Shown one piece after another: positions 19,315-30,282 of a stretch of DNA of 64,000 nt. The DNA comes from an uncultured Atopobiaceae bacterium (GTDB lineage Bacteria > Actinomycetota > Coriobacteriia > Coriobacteriales > Atopobiaceae): contig CAWVBA010000003.1 in NCBI GenBank assembly GCA_963927425.1, positions 113,582-177,581 on the forward strand, written 5' to 3'. A program made the position numbers and the translations under genes. Position 1 is the first letter of the stretch. Each line of letters opens with the position of its first letter. The notes under the pieces are model-generated. The model saw only the letters and a program-made list of their open reading frames with translations, did not search any database and had not been told where the DNA came from.

Positions 19315-19430
19315 GCCAGATTCCGGGGATGTGTGCGTCTCGGCCGCCAAATCTGGGAGATATGTGCGCAAGGCAACGCACATCTGCGGCGATTTTGGCA
19401 CCCCCAACGCACATATACCCCAAATCCGGC
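19315..19430. repeat. Nested inverted repeat: four copies of a ~25-bp motif, two forward and two reverse
   Basis: CCAGATTCCGGGGATGTGTGCG and CCAAATCTGGGAGATATGTGCG, then CGCACATCTGCGGCGATTTTGG and CGCACATATACCCCAAATCCGG. Confidence 0.7.
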
Positions 19431-19526
19431 ACCTGGGCACCGGCACGTAGGCACGCAGGCGCTCGGACGCGTGAGCACCCAGGCGAAAAAAGCCGCGACA
19501 GCCGAGAAGAACGCGCGGGCGCGCCC

Positions 19527-21881
19527 CTACCCCAGCCCGAGCGCCATGCCCGCGAGGCGCACCGCGAGCGCCACGACCCATGCCACGCCGCACTGCATCG
19601 CGATCACGGCCCACATCATCTTTGTGCCCAGCTCGCCGCGCACCGCGGAGACCGCGGCCACGCACGGCGTGTAGAGCAGCGTGAACGTGAGGAACGCGAA
19701 CGCCGTGAGCGGCGAGAAGAGCTCCGGCAGCGCCGCCGTGGAGCCACCCATGAGCACGGTCAGCGTGGCCACGACGTTCTCCTTGGCGCCGAAGCCGGCC
19801 GCCAGGGCCGCCGCCGCGCGCCAGTTGCCAAAGCCCAGCGGCGTAAAGAGCGGCGCGAGCAGCGTCCCCAGCGCGGCGAGCATGCTGGCGCTCTGGTCGT
19901 CCACCACGTTGAGCCGCACGTCAAAGGTCTGCAGGAACCAGATCACCACGCTCGCCACAAAGATGATCGTGAACGCCTTGGTGGCAAAGCCCTTGGCCTT
20001 GTCCCAGGCCAGGCGCGCCACGGTGCGCGGGGCGGGCAGGCGGTAGTTGGGGAGCTCCATCACAAACGGCACCGGGTCGCCCTTGAAGGCCGTTCCCTTG
20101 AGCACGAGCGCCACCAGGATTCCCACCACGATGCCCATGAGGTACATCGCTATGGTCACGAGCGGGGCGCACTCGGGGAAGAACGCGGCCGAGAAGAGCG
20201 CGTAGACCGGCACCTTGGCCGAGCAGCTCATGAACGGCGTGAGCATGACCGTCATCTTGCGGTCGTGCTCGGAGGGCAGGGTCCGCGTGGCCATGATCGC
20301 GGGAACGCTGCAGCCAAAGCCGATGAGCATGGGCACGAAGCTGCGCCCGGAGAGCCCCAGGCGCCGCAGCAGCTTGTCCATCACAAAGGCCACGCGCGCC
20401 ATGTAGCCGGAGTCCTCGAGGATCGAGAGCAGGATGAAGAGCACCACGATGATCGGCAGGAAGGAGAGGACGCTCCCCACGCCGGCAAAGACGCCGTCTA
20501 TGACCAGGCTGTGCACCACGGGGTTGAGGCCAAAGGCCGTGAGCGCGGCGTCCACCTGCGCCGTCAGCCACTGGATGCCCAGGTCGAGAAGGTCGGAGAG
20601 CCGCTGGCCCACCACGTCAAAGGTGAGCCAGAAGACGAGCGCCATGATGGCCACAAAGACCGGGATCGCCGTGTACTTGCCCGTGAGGATGCGGTCGGCC
20701 GCCACCGAGCGCGCGTGCTCGCGGCTCTCGCGCGGCTTGACCACGCACTCCGCGCACACGCCCTCAATGAACGAGAAGCGCATGTCGGCCAGCGCCGCCA
20801 TGCGGTCGCGCCCGGACTCGCCCTCCATCTGGGTGATGATGTGCTCCACGGCGTCGAGCTCGTTCTGTTCCAGGCCGAGCGCGCGCTGGACAAGATGGTC
20901 GCCCTCGATGAGCTTGGTCGCGGCAAAGCGCACCGGGAGGTTCGCCGCCGCGGCATGGTCCTCGATGATGTGGCAGATGCCATGGATGCAGCGGTGGAGC
21001 GCGCCGCCGTCCGCGCCATCCGGCGCGCAGAAGTCCACCCGGCCCGGATGCTCGCGGAAGCGCGCCACGTGCAGCACGTGCTCCACGAGCTCGGAGATGC
21101 CCTCCTCGCGCGCGGCCGAGATGGGCACCACGGGGATGCCGAGCGCGGCCTCCAGGCGGTTCACGCTCACCGTGCCGCCGCCGCCCGTGAGCTCGTCCAT
21201 CATGTTGAGCGCGAGCACCATCGGGCGGTCCAGCTCCATGAGCTGGAGCGTCAGGTAGAGGTTGCGCTCGATGTTGGTGGCGTCCACGATGTCGATGATC
21301 GCGTCGGGATCGTCCTCGAGGATGAAGCGGCGCGAGACCACCTCCTCGCTCGTGTACGGGCTGAGCGAGTAGATGCCCGGCAGGTCCGTGACCGTGACCT
21401 CCGGATGACCGCGCACCTGGCCGTCCTTGCGGTCAACGGTGACGCCGGGGAAGTTGCCCACGTGCTGGTTGGAGCCCGTGAGCGCGTTGAAGAGCGTGGT
21501 CTTGCCGCAGTTCTGGTTGCCGGCGAGCGCCAGCTTGAGCGGCCGTCCCTCCGGAATGGCCGTGCCGGCGGCGCGGGGCGCGTACTTCTCGCCGATGGCC
21601 GGGTGGGGCGCGGCCTCCAGGCGCTCGCGGGTGCGGGGGCGGTCGTGCGCGTCGTGCACCTGGTCGATCGCGATGTGCGCGGCGTCGTCGGCGCGCAGCG
21701 TGAGCTCGTAGCCGCGCAGACGGATCTCCAGCGGATCGCCCATGGGGGCGCGCTTCATGAGCGTGACCTCCACGCCCGGCGTGAGACCCATGTCCAGAAT
21801 GTGCTGGCGCAGCGACGGCTCGTCACAGTCAACCGAGGCCACCACCGCGTCCTTGCCGATCTTCAGCTCGTTCAGGTTCAT
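19527..21881 (-). CDS. feoB: FeoA-FeoB fusion ferrous iron transporter
   Basis: N-terminal FeoA (LDMGLTPG..APMGDP), G motifs GNQNCGKT, DLPG, NMMD; FGCSVP, FMSCSAK, LYTPC. Confidence 0.95.
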   Translation of the reverse strand: MNLNELKIGKDAVVASVDCDEPSLRQHILDMGLTPGVEVTLMKRAPMGDPLEIRLRGYELTLRADDAAHIAIDQVHDAHDRPRTRERLEAAPHPAIGEKYAPRAAGTAIPEGRPLKLALAGNQNCGKTTLFNALTGSNQHVGNFPGVTVDRKDGQVRGHPEVTVTDLPGIYSLSPYTSEEVVSRRFILEDDPDAIIDIVDATNIERNLYLTLQLMELDRPMVLALNMMDELTGGGGTVSVNRLEAALGIPVVPISAAREEGISELVEHVLHVARFREHPGRVDFCAPDGADGGALHRCIHGICHIIEDHAAAANLPVRFAATKLIEGDHLVQRALGLEQNELDAVEHIITQMEGESGRDRMAALADMRFSFIEGVCAECVVKPRESREHARSVAADRILTGKYTAIPVFVAIMALVFWLTFDVVGQRLSDLLDLGIQWLTAQVDAALTAFGLNPVVHSLVIDGVFAGVGSVLSFLPIIVVLFILLSILEDSGYMARVAFVMDKLLRRLGLSGRSFVPMLIGFGCSVPAIMATRTLPSEHDRKMTVMLTPFMSCSAKVPVYALFSAAFFPECAPLVTIAMYLMGIVVGILVALVLKGTAFKGDPVPFVMELPNYRLPAPRTVARLAWDKAKGFATKAFTIIFVASVVIWFLQTFDVRLNVVDDQSASMLAALGTLLAPLFTPLGFGNWRAAAALAAGFGAKENVVATLTVLMGGSTAALPELFSPLTAFAFLTFTLLYTPCVAAVSAVRGELGTKMMWAVIAMQCGVAWVVALAVRLAGMALGLG

Positions 21882-21897
21882 GCGCGCCCTCTCCTGC

Positions 21898-21927
21898 AAT
21901 ATGAACAAATGCTCATACATTCATATT
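21898..21927. promoter_or_regulatory. ArsR/SmtB-like operator upstream of feoAB
   Basis: AATATGAACAAATGCTCATACATTCATATT, with AATATGAA/TTCATATT and ATGAACA/TGCTCAT inverted repeats. Confidence 0.55.
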
Positions 21928-22100
21928 ACATCATGCTTCCTCTTCCGCCGCCATTCTAGCGTGTGGGGTGCCACGAGGAGACGGCGCCGCGCAGGTCCGC
22001 CGCGCGCGGCATCCACCAAAGCGCTCGGTCCGTCGCCGCGGAAGCTCCTTGGGAGCCGCCCTTCCGTGCTCCGCCAGAGCATCTCGGTTTTCTCGTTCGG

Positions 22101-22956
22101 CTAGCCCCTTGTCGCAAAGGCCACGCCAAGGGCGCCCGGCCCGCAGTGGGAGGTGATCACGTTGCCCGTGTCGTACCACTCCACGCGCTCAAAGCCCAGG
22201 TCGCGCGCATGGTCGCTCGCGGCCTGCTGCACCTGCTCGGGCAGCCCCGGGCTCTTCACAAAGACGACGCGCGACGGGTCAAACTCCTCGCGCAGCGCCA
22301 GGCAGTCGATCAGCGCCACAGCCGCCGACGTCATGGACCCGCGCAGCTTCTTGGTGGCCACGAGCCGCCCGTCGATCAGCTCAACCACCGGCTTGATCTT
22401 GAGAAGCGTCGCGCCCACAAACGCCGCGTTGGGACAGGCGCCCGCCGGCGCGCAGGTAGCCCAGGTCGCCCGGGAGAAACGCCATGCGCACGCGGCCCGA
22501 GAGCTCCTCGGCGTGGGCGCGGGCCTGCTCGAGCGTGGCCTCGGGATGGGCGCGCACCCATGCCGCCGTCTCGCGCACGATGAGTCCCTGGCCGATCGTG
22601 ACGTGACCGGTGTCCATGGTCGCCACGTAGTCGCGCCCCTCGGCCGCCGTCATCGCCGACTCGAGCGAGCAGGTCGTGACAGCGGAGTAGGCCACGTGCA
22701 GAATCTGGGCCGACGGGTCCTGCTCGTGAATGCGGTCAAAGACGCGCTGGAAGTCCACGGGCATGCAGCCGCTGGTCTTGGGGAGCACGCCGAGCTGCCG
22801 GCAGCGCTCGAGCATCTCCGCGGAGGACAGCTCGCCGTCGTCGATGGTCTTCTCGCCCAGCGAGACGTGCATCGGCACGAGCGTCACGCCCAGCTCGGCG
22901 GCCTCGGCGGCGGGGATGTCGCACCCGGTCTCTGCGGTAATCACGATCTTTGGCAT
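22101..22956 (-). pseudogene. DegV-family fatty-acid-binding protein, frameshift ~22425
   Basis: ITAETGCDIP, PKTSG, YLRAGGRLS then LLKIKP...SHCGPGALG in a second frame. Confidence 0.85.
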
Positions 22957-23100
22957 GGCCCCTCCTCATGACACGGTCATATGCAAAGTATAGCCGCCCC
23001 ACGCGGAAGGCGCTCACCTGGCTTTCCGCAGATGTGACACAACTCACGGCTGAAAATGTGCGATGCTGTAAGACCAATGCCAAATCGAGGGAGGGGATCG

Positions 23101-24875
23101 ATGTATCTCGAGCACATCTGCTCACCTGCTGACGTGCGCGCCCTCCCCGCCTCCGCCCTGCCCGCGCTCGCGGAGGAGATTCGCTCCGCCATCGTCCGCA
23201 GCACCGCGGTGACCGGCGGTCACACCGGGTCAAACCTCGCCTCCGTGGAGCTCACCATCGCGCTGCACCGGGTCTTTGAGACCCCGCGCGACAAGATCGT
23301 CTTTGACGTCTCCCACCAGACCTATGCCCACAAGATGCTCACCGGGCGCGCGCCGGCCTACACCGACCCCGCGCGCTACGGGGAGCTCTCCGGCTTCTCC
23401 TGTCCCGCCGAGTCTCCGCACGACCTCTTCTCCATGGGCCACACCTCCACCTCGCTGAGCCTGGCCTGCGGGCTGGCCACGGCGCGCGACCTCGCGGGCG
23501 AGAAGCACGATGTGGTTGCCGTCATCGGCGACGGGTCGCTCTCCGGCGGCCTCGCGTTCGAGGGGCTCGACAACGCCGCTGAGCTGCGCAGCGGCCTCAT
23601 CATCGTGGTCAACGACAACGAGTGGTCCATCGCGCCCAACCACGGCGGCATCTACCGCAACCTCGCCGAGCTGCGCGCCACGCGCGGCGCGGCGCCTGAC
23701 AACGTGTTTCGCTCCCTCGGGCTCCGCTATCGCTATCTCGAGGACGGCCATGACATCGCCGCGCTCGAGGCGGCCCTCTCCGAGCTGCGCGGCTGCGACC
23801 GTCCCGTGGTGCTCCACGTCCACACCCAGAAGGGCCACGGCTACGCCCCCGCCGCCGCCGACCCCGAGGGCTGGCACCACGCCGTGCCCTTTGACGTTGC
23901 CACGGGCGAGATTCTCCCCGGCGCGGCGGCCCACCCCGCTGACGAGAACTACGCCAACGTCACCGGCGCCCTGCTCATGGACTGGATGCACACGGACCCG
24001 CGCGTCGTTGCCGTCAACGCCGCGACGCCCTACATCATGGGCTTCACGCCGGAGCTGCGCGAGCGCGCGGGCGGGCGCTTCATCGACGTGGGCATCGCCG
24101 AGGAGCACGCCGTCAGCCTCGTAACCGGCCTCGCTCGCGGCGGCGCGCGACCCGTGCTGGGCATCTATGCCACCTTCCTGCAGCGCGCCTACGACCAGCT
24201 CTGGCACGACCTCTGCCTGAACGACGCCCCTGCGACCATCCTCGTCTTTGGCGCCTCGGCCTTTGGCACCACCGACGTCACGCACCTCGGCTTCTTCGAC
24301 ATCCCCATGCTCGGCTCCCTGCCCGGGCTCACCTACCTCGCGCCCACCTGCATCGAGGAGTACCTCGACATGCTCTCCTGGTCGATCGGTCACGCGCACG
24401 GCCCCGTGGCGATTCGCGTGCCCGTGGCCGGCGGCGTGGTCTCGCGACCCGACTTCGTGCGGGCCACGGACTACACCTCGGGCTGGGAGACCCTGCGCCA
24501 GGGCTCCGAGGTCGCGCTGCTCGCGCTCGGCGACTTCCTGCCGCTGGGCGAGAAGGTCGCGGACGCGCTGGCCGATCGCGGCGTGCGCCCGACGCTCGTG
24601 AACCCGCGCCTGGCCACCACCCCCGGACGAGGCCCTTCTCGGACGCCTCGCGGCCGGGCACCGCGTGATCGTGACGCTCGAGGACGGCATCCTGGACGGC
24701 GGCTTTGGCGAGCGCTGTGCGCGGGCCCTCGGCGCCGACGACGCGCGCGTCCTGTGCTATGGCCTGCCGCGCGCCTTCGTGGACCGCTACGACCCCCGCC
24801 GAGCTGCTCGCGCGCTGCGGCATCACGGTCGAGGGCGTTGTCGAGGACGCGCTGGCCGCGCTCGGGCGCGCCTAG
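23101..24875 (+). pseudogene. dxs: 1-deoxy-D-xylulose-5-phosphate synthase (short type), frameshifts at C-runs ~24620 and ~24795
   Basis: GGHTGSNL, DVSHQTYAHK, GHTSTS, GDGSLSGG, NDNEWSI, GIAEEHA, FLQRAYDQ; TLEDGILDGGFGE in shifted frame. Confidence 0.88.
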
Positions 24876-24916
24876 CCCGGCGCAGTTGCCGCGACCAGGC
24901 ACGCCCCGATCATCCC

Positions 24917-27900
24917 CTACGCCGCCGTGCGAAGCTCCCTGCGACGCCGCATGAGCGAGCGCACCCTGAGCGCCGTGACGCCGCCCGCGACCACGACGCA
25001 GCCTGCGACCGTCGCCCAGGCAACGCCTGAGCTGTCCACCGGCTCGGCCGTGCCGCCGGCGGTCGCCCGCCAGACGCTGTCCGTCACGCCGTCGCCGTTC
25101 TCGTCCACGCGCAGGGTGGTCTCGTCGGCGCGCTCCGCCCGCGTCTCCATGCGCGTGGTGGGCGTGACGCCAATCTGCGGGAAGCTGCGGCTGTCGGTGT
25201 AGTCGCCGTTCTCGTCCATGAAGCCGATCGTGTAGTCCATCGTCCCCGTGTCGGTTCCCGTGATCTGGATGTCGTATGGCTCGCCCTCGCGCAGGCGCAG
25301 CACCTTGGTCGTGGTGCCGTCGCCCTCCGGCGCCTCCTCGATCGTGAGCGACCCAAAGGAGGTGCGCGTGCAGAGGCGGTCCGGGTCCGAGCTGAGCGTC
25401 TCGCCGTTCAGCGTCACCGTCACGTCCACGGGACAGGCCAGCTCCGCCCGTATGAACGCGGTCCCGCTGATCTCGTCGGCGATGTCGCTGAAGAAGCCCT
25501 CCAGCTCGTCGGTGTTATTGGCGTTGAAGGAGCATCCCTCGCTCGCGAGCTGGGCGAGCAGTGCGCGGCCCTGCTCGTCGTCCCCAAAGCTCAGCGTGTA
25601 GACCTTGACGCCGTCCTGCTTGAGGCTGTCCACGTAGGCCACCAGCTCGTCGCCCGTCCGCCCGTCGTTGGGCAGGCCGTCGGACATGAGCACCACGATG
25701 CGTCGACGGTCCTGCGCGGCGGACCCGAGGAGCTGCATCCCGTCCTGCAGGCCCGCGTCCATGTTGGTCCCGCCGCCGCTCGTGAGCCCGGCGATCGACG
25801 AGCCGAGCGAGCCCAGGTTGGACGAGAGGGGCGAGAGGGCCGTCGAGGAGCTGGAGTACGCCACCAGCCCCACGCGAACGTCGGGCGAGGCCGCCCGGCT
25901 CACGAACTCGGTCGCCGCCGCGCGCATGCTCTCGATGGGCTCGCCGTCCATGCTGCCCGAGACGTCCAGCACGAGCGCCACGTCGCGGCTGCCCTTGATC
26001 TTGGTGACCGCCTCCTCGACCTTCTTCTCGTCATCGTCGGAGATGAAGTCGTTGTTGTCCGCGGCGCGGATGTTCACCGCGTCAAAGGCGGCGGAGATGC
26101 GCGTGAGGTTCTCGGACGAGAGGTCGCCCTGCTCGATCATGATGCGCGCCGTGAGCTCCATGCAGGTGCGGAACTGCGAGAACGAGCTGTCCGACGTGAG
26201 CGCGTGGAACGTCCCGTAGACGAGGAGGGCCATCTGCTCGGTGTCGAGGCTCTCCCCGTCAAGTCCCGTGTCGTTGCACATCAGATACGCCGCGTGACCG
26301 ACGACGGTGCTGTTGTTGTGGACGTAGCCGTTGTCGTAGTCATCGCTCGGATTTCCCCACCGGTCGTCCTGATAGCGCGTGGGATGCGCGTCCTTGTCGT
26401 CGCCGCGCTCGCTTTGGGTGCTCCGCGAGGGATCGACGAGGTTCCTGATCCCGTGGATCCAGTCGGCGTCACCGTCGAGCTGCCCGTCGTCAAAATAGTC
26501 CTGGGAAATCTCCCCCATGATGTCGGAGGTGGCCTCCTTGAGCGCACCGGACTCCCCGCTCGACACCATGCCGGAGATGGATGTCTCCACGCTGTGGGTG
26601 TACTCGTGACCAAGGGTGTCCACGGCGCCCTCGTTCTCTGATCCCACGGAGATGAGGGTCGTCCCCGAGCCAAAGGGGGTGAAGGAGTACGCGTTGCCGG
26701 AATCGATGCTCCACCCCTCCCACATGAAGTCGTTGACCACGAGGTCGAGGTGGCCGCTCTCGTTGTCAAATCCCTCACGCCCGAGGACGTTTTGGTAGAG
26801 GTCGTAGATGCTATTGATGCGGACAAGCGCCGATGCGGCCGTAGAGTTGGAGAACTCGGTCGTGTCGCTCGTCACGGCGGTAACGTCCTTGAAGACGTTG
26901 TTCACGTCAAAGCGCATGTCAACAAACAGGGCGTGGTCGTCCACCTCGCTCCTGTCTACCTTTCCCGCATCCGTGCGCCACTCGTTTGTGTCGGGGTCGA
27001 GATAATACTTCGTGCCGTCCGAGCTCTCGAAGACAAGCTCGTAGGTCAGGGTGGCGCCGTTCGCGTCAAAGACGTCGATGTTGCGCTCGTCATCGAACAT
27101 GCGATAGGACCCGTCGTCATCCTGCCAGACGTTGAAGGAGATCTCCTCCCCCGTGTGCTTGTCCGTTCCCGTGCCGCGAGCGCGCCCGTTGAGGACGAGC
27201 GGCTCGGAGGCCACGACATCGGCCGTGTCCGCCGAGACAAACACGGACTCGATGCCATCGGACGAGCTGACGATCACCTGCCAGGCAAGGCATGGCTCAA
27301 CGGAGCCGATCGAGTAGACAAGGGTCCCGCCCGCCACGGCCGTCGCGCCGTCGGCGGCCGCGGCACGAGCCGCCGCCTCGGCGTCCTCGGCGGAGACGGC
27401 GGGCTCGGTGGGGACGCCCTCCATGCGCTCGAAGTTGCTGGAGAGCAGAAGCGCGCCGCCCTCGTCGTCGGCCCCCACGGTGACGCCGCGGCCGTACACG
27501 GGAATGCCCTCGTAGCTCTGCGAGAAGCGCCAGTAGCGGTTGCCGTTGGCCTCGGTCTCCCGGCAGTCCACCAGCTCGGTCTCAACGTCGTCGATTTTGA
27601 GCTTGGACGCCACGCCGGAGATGACCGAGCGCGCGCTCGCCTCGCTCGTGACCTTCTCGGAGGTGAAGCCGGGCTGCAACAGGACGAAGGGGTCGTCGTC
27701 CTTCTCGCCGTCCCCGCCGCCCGAGGCCTCCCCCACCGGGGCGTCGCCCCTGCCCGCAGGGCCGAGCGGCGATTCCGTGCCGCCCCCTATGACGCCCGTC
27801 GCCCACAGCGCCACCATAACGGCGCACGCCACGATCACGAGCGAGGAGATGATCAGCGCCGCCAGCGGCCACCTGCGCCTTCGCTCCACGGGTGCGCCGC

Positions 27901-27961
27901 AGCCCGGGCAGGTTGCCTGCCCCTTGGGGACGCGCCTTCCGCACCGCTTGCACGTGCTCAT
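24917..27961 (-). CDS. Zinc-ribbon + TM + FTP/PepSY propeptide + M4 (thermolysin-like) peptidase + vWA + C-terminal TM protein
   Basis: CxxC..CxxC; FSQSYEGIPVYG; HEYTH, GALKEATSD, VHNNS; LDVSGSM, GGTNM, MSDG; C-terminal hydrophobic helix plus basic tail. Confidence 0.85.
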   Translation of the reverse strand: MSTCKRCGRRVPKGQATCPGCGAPVERRRRWPLAALIISSLVIVACAVMVALWATGVIGGGTESPLGPAGRGDAPVGEASGGGDGEKDDDPFVLLQPGFTSEKVTSEASARSVISGVASKLKIDDVETELVDCRETEANGNRYWRFSQSYEGIPVYGRGVTVGADDEGGALLLSSNFERMEGVPTEPAVSAEDAEAAARAAAADGATAVAGGTLVYSIGSVEPCLAWQVIVSSSDGIESVFVSADTADVVASEPLVLNGRARGTGTDKHTGEEISFNVWQDDDGSYRMFDDERNIDVFDANGATLTYELVFESSDGTKYYLDPDTNEWRTDAGKVDRSEVDDHALFVDMRFDVNNVFKDVTAVTSDTTEFSNSTAASALVRINSIYDLYQNVLGREGFDNESGHLDLVVNDFMWEGWSIDSGNAYSFTPFGSGTTLISVGSENEGAVDTLGHEYTHSVETSISGMVSSGESGALKEATSDIMGEISQDYFDDGQLDGDADWIHGIRNLVDPSRSTQSERGDDKDAHPTRYQDDRWGNPSDDYDNGYVHNNSTVVGHAAYLMCNDTGLDGESLDTEQMALLVYGTFHALTSDSSFSQFRTCMELTARIMIEQGDLSSENLTRISAAFDAVNIRAADNNDFISDDDEKKVEEAVTKIKGSRDVALVLDVSGSMDGEPIESMRAAATEFVSRAASPDVRVGLVAYSSSSTALSPLSSNLGSLGSSIAGLTSGGGTNMDAGLQDGMQLLGSAAQDRRRIVVLMSDGLPNDGRTGDELVAYVDSLKQDGVKVYTLSFGDDEQGRALLAQLASEGCSFNANNTDELEGFFSDIADEISGTAFIRAELACPVDVTVTLNGETLSSDPDRLCTRTSFGSLTIEEAPEGDGTTTKVLRLREGEPYDIQITGTDTGTMDYTIGFMDENGDYTDSRSFPQIGVTPTTRMETRAERADETTLRVDENGDGVTDSVWRATAGGTAEPVDSSGVAWATVAGCVVVAGGVTALRVRSLMRRRRELRTAA

Positions 27962-27974
27962 GCGATCACCACCC

Positions 27975-28553
27975 TCAGGCGCTCGCGCGGGCGCGCCCGC
28001 GCGTCGAACCATAGATCAGAAGCCCGCTCGCCACCGTGAGCACAATCGCGCTCACGCCCGCCCAGGACCCCACGGGATGGAGCGCCGCACAGAGGACGGC
28101 CTGAGCCGAGGTCGTGGAGGAGCCCGGCTCAACAAAGACGAACGACCCCAGCGCCCAGACGGCGATGGCCGCCGCGGCGCTCGTCACGGCAAGGGCGCAC
28201 CTCCCCCGCCCCGCGCCCACGCCGGGCAGGAGCAGCCCGCGGGTGCAGAGCATGAGGGGGCCCAGTGAGAGGCCGAGCGAGACCGCGGCATGCGCGAGCG
28301 CGGCGAGGCAGGCCGGCAGCGTGTCGAGCAGGGAGATGGCGCGCACCGCGCCGGCAAGCCCCAAAAAGAAGCTCACCAGGCCAAACGCGCCTACGCCGCC
28401 CATGGCGACAAGCGCCAGGGTGCGCAGCGCCGCGTCAGGTTGCGCGGAGCGGCGGCGCGGCGCGGCGGGCGCGGTCCCACCCAGCGGGGACCCGCAGCTA
28501 CCGCAGAACGTGGCGCCGTCTGGCAGCTGAGCCCCGCATCTCGGACAGAACAT
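27975..28553 (-). CDS. Zinc-ribbon domain membrane protein
   Basis: MFCPRCGAQLPDGATFCGSCG followed by about four TM helices. Confidence 0.8.
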   Translation of the reverse strand: MFCPRCGAQLPDGATFCGSCGSPLGGTAPAAPRRRSAQPDAALRTLALVAMGGVGAFGLVSFFLGLAGAVRAISLLDTLPACLAALAHAAVSLGLSLGPLMLCTRGLLLPGVGAGRGRCALAVTSAAAAIAVWALGSFVFVEPGSSTTSAQAVLCAALHPVGSWAGVSAIVLTVASGLLIYGSTRGRARASA

Positions 28554-28587
28554 GGCGGCTCCTCCCGCTGACAGGTTGCTTAAAAAC

Positions 28588-29970
28588 TTACTCTATAGCA
28601 TCGGGCTCCACCGCGGCGGCGTCGTTTCTCTCCTCCTCCCGCGCGGCGCGGGCCTCGGCGAACTTCTCGCGCATCGTCGGGTTCTTCCAGGTGAGCTTGC
28701 GAATGGTGAGCTCGTCGGCCTTCTTGTTGGCCAGCCGCAGCTGGTTCTCCGAGGAGGTGAGGTTGTCCTTCACCTTCTGGAGGTGAGAGATGGTCTTGTC
28801 GATCTCGTCGATCGCGGCCTGGAACTTGCGCGAGGCCGTCTCGTAGTTCTTGCCGAACTTCTCCTTGAAGTCCTCGAGCGCGTCCTCGAAGTGCGTGATG
28901 TCGAGGTTCTGCTGACGGACCTCGGCAAGCTCGCGGCGCCAGGAGTGCGCGCTCTCCGCCGCGTTGCGCAGCAGCGTGATCATGGGGATGAAGAACTGCG
29001 GCCGGATGACGTACATCTTCTCGTAGGCGTAGGAGACGTCCACGATGCCGGTGTTGTAGAGCTCGCTCTCCGGCTCGAGCATCGAGACGAGCACTGCGTA
29101 CTCGCACCCCTTGTTGCGACGATCCTGGTCGAGCTTCTTAAAGAAGTCGGCGTTCTTGTGGCGGCTCGCGGCGGCCGAGGCGTCGTCCTCGTTCTTCATC
29201 TCAAACATGATGGAGACCACCTCGACGCCGTCGGCGTCCGTCTCACGAAAGACGTAGTCCCCCTTGGAGCCGCCCACGACGTCGTTGTCCTTGTGGAACT
29301 CGGCGTCCCGGAAGGCCGTGGCGCGCCAGCGGTTGAACTCCGTCTCGCAGTGCTGCTCGAGCGTCTCGCCGATGAGCTTGGTGGAGAGGCGGGCGCGCTG
29401 GTTGCGCAGGCGCTCGATCTCGTCCTCGCGGTCGCGGATGGTCTGGTCCTTGTAGGACGCCTGCTCGGCCATCTGCTGCCTGAGCGACGCCTCCACCTGC
29501 TCGCGCTCCAGCTTGGCCGCCCGCAGATCGCCCTCCAGCCGCGCGATCTTCTGGCCCTGCTCGCCGGTGGCCTGGCTCACGGCGAGGGCCTTCTCGGCAT
29601 CGAAGGAGGCCTCGCGGGCGCCGATCTTGGCCTCGAGCTCGGCGATGCGACGCTCGCGCTCGGCGAGCTGCTCGGCGAGACCCTTCTCGGCCTGGGCGCG
29701 CGCGAGCGCGAGGGCATCGGCCCCCTCCTTGACCTTGGCCCTGAGCTGAGCGATCTGCGCGTCCTTCTCGGCTGCCGACGAGAGCGCCTCCTGACGGGCC
29801 CGGGCCACCGCCGCCTCCACGGCGCTCGCCCGCTCGCGCTCGGCGCTCTTCTCGCGCGCGTCGAGCTCGCGTCTGAACTCGGCGTCGCGCACCTGCCGCA
29901 CAATCTGCGCGTACTCCGTCTCGTCCACCTGGAACACCTCGCCGCAGTGCGGGCATCTGATCTCAGCCAT
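28588..29970 (-). CDS. DUF2130 family coiled-coil protein
   Basis: IRCPHCGEVF, GETLEQHCE, KGDYVFRE, IMFEMKNE, YVIRPQFFIP. Confidence 0.9.
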   Translation of the reverse strand: MAEIRCPHCGEVFQVDETEYAQIVRQVRDAEFRRELDAREKSAERERASAVEAAVARARQEALSSAAEKDAQIAQLRAKVKEGADALALARAQAEKGLAEQLAERERRIAELEAKIGAREASFDAEKALAVSQATGEQGQKIARLEGDLRAAKLEREQVEASLRQQMAEQASYKDQTIRDREDEIERLRNQRARLSTKLIGETLEQHCETEFNRWRATAFRDAEFHKDNDVVGGSKGDYVFRETDADGVEVVSIMFEMKNEDDASAAASRHKNADFFKKLDQDRRNKGCEYAVLVSMLEPESELYNTGIVDVSYAYEKMYVIRPQFFIPMITLLRNAAESAHSWRRELAEVRQQNLDITHFEDALEDFKEKFGKNYETASRKFQAAIDEIDKTISHLQKVKDNLTSSENQLRLANKKADELTIRKLTWKNPTMREKFAEARAAREEERNDAAAVEPDAIE

Positions 29971-30282
29971 GGAAGCCTCCGTCCAACTCGGTTGAGACCA
30001 GCTTACTCGCCCCACCGGACAGAAATGCCGAGGACGCGGGGCCTCTCCCCCTCGCCCCCTCAAAGCTGTCGGTTTCTGCCTTCCGCGAGGCCCAAACGGG
30101 CCATGCGAGCGGCAAAAAACGACAGTCCGCAGAAGAGGGGACAAAGGAGACAGAGGGAACAGAGGGGCGCCGAGAAGGACGCGCGGCAGAAAGGGGCCCC
30201 ACAACGGGTGCGCGGGGCCCCTCGGGCGCGACGCCCGATGCGCTACAGCTCGGCGTTCTTGCGACAGGAGTTGCCGTCGGCC

